A stretch of 64,000 bases of DNA from an uncultured Candidatus Rokubacteria bacterium (GTDB taxonomy: Bacteria > Methylomirabilota > Methylomirabilia > Rokubacteriales > CSP1-6). The stretch lies in NCBI GenBank assembly GCA_963758635.1, contig CAVWWD010000008.1, positions 128,001-192,000 on the forward strand, read 5' to 3'. How positions within the stretch are numbered: position 1 is the stretch's first letter; the number at the start of each line of letters is the position of its first letter. The notes beneath the pieces are model-generated. The model was not told where the DNA came from and searched no databases. It saw only the letters and a program-made list of their open reading frames with translations. A program made the translations under genes and the position numbers. This document shows, in pieces, positions 63,627-64,000 of the stretch.

Positions 63627-64000
63627 GTGAGCGAGCCCTCGGACCTCCAGCGGCGGATCGCCAGCCTCACGCCCGAGCGGCGCGCCATGCTCGAGCGCTG
63701 GCTGGTCGAGTCCCGACCCACCACGGGACGGGCTCCGGGCATCCCGCGCCGGCCGCCCTCGCCGACCGCGCCGCTGTCCCACGCCCAGCAGCGGCTCTGG
63801 GTGCTCCAGCAGCTCCAGCCCGAGCTGATCGCCTACAACATGCCGCGCATCTGGCGGCTGTCCGGCGCCATCGACGTGCCCGCGCTCTCCCGCACCCTCG
63901 ATGCTCTCGTCGAGCGTCACGAGGTGCTGCGGACCACCTACCGCCACGGCGATCCCGAGCCGGTCCAGGTGATCGCCGAGAACGTCTCCGTGGACATGCC
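63627..64000 (+). CDS. NRPS, N-terminal condensation domain (runs off the window)
   Basis: RIASLTPERRAMLE leader; PLSHAQQRLWVL (C1), AYNMP, LVERHEVLRTTY (C2). Confidence 0.88.
   Translation, partial: MSEPSDLQRRIASLTPERRAMLERWLVESRPTTGRAPGIPRRPPSPTAPLSHAQQRLWVLQQLQPELIAYNMPRIWRLSGAIDVPALSRTLDALVERHEVLRTTYRHGDPEPVQVIAENVSVDM

Overview
High-GC bacterial DNA with dense coding on both strands. The gene content (many family-5 and Trp/Tyr-type ABC substrate-binding proteins, SDRs, LLM and CoA transferase, NRPS pieces) resembles Candidatus Rokubacteria/Methylomirabilota; this is inference only. Many otherwise intact genes carry single-base frameshifts, most likely long-read indel errors. Main highlights: (1) a glycine/sarcosine/betaine-reductase-like (Grd) selenoprotein cluster at 44278-52265. 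Its grdB and grdA each have an in-frame UGA in the canonical Sec motif followed by a bacterial SECIS-like hairpin, and the ORF track splits both genes at the UGA. The GrdE-like subunit lacks the pyruvoyl-precursor Cys, and there is no grdD or thioredoxin gene in the window. (2) An attC-delimited cassette array without integrase (toxin-antitoxin modules plus an ABC substrate-binding gene) sits inside that cluster. A second decayed integron (intI 3' remnant, att sites, two more SBP paralogues, mazEF) lies at 30959-33935. (3) Two stand-alone adenylation-thiolation proteins lack the amino-binding Asp. (4) A TA module is flanked by a ~130-bp duplication of a convergent gene junction. The rest is catabolic and transport genes, two Opp/Dpp ABC operons, an SxtIJK-like carbamoyltransferase module, REP/MITE-like repeats and the start of an NRPS at the right edge. 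All calls come from reading the sequence by eye; no database search was run.
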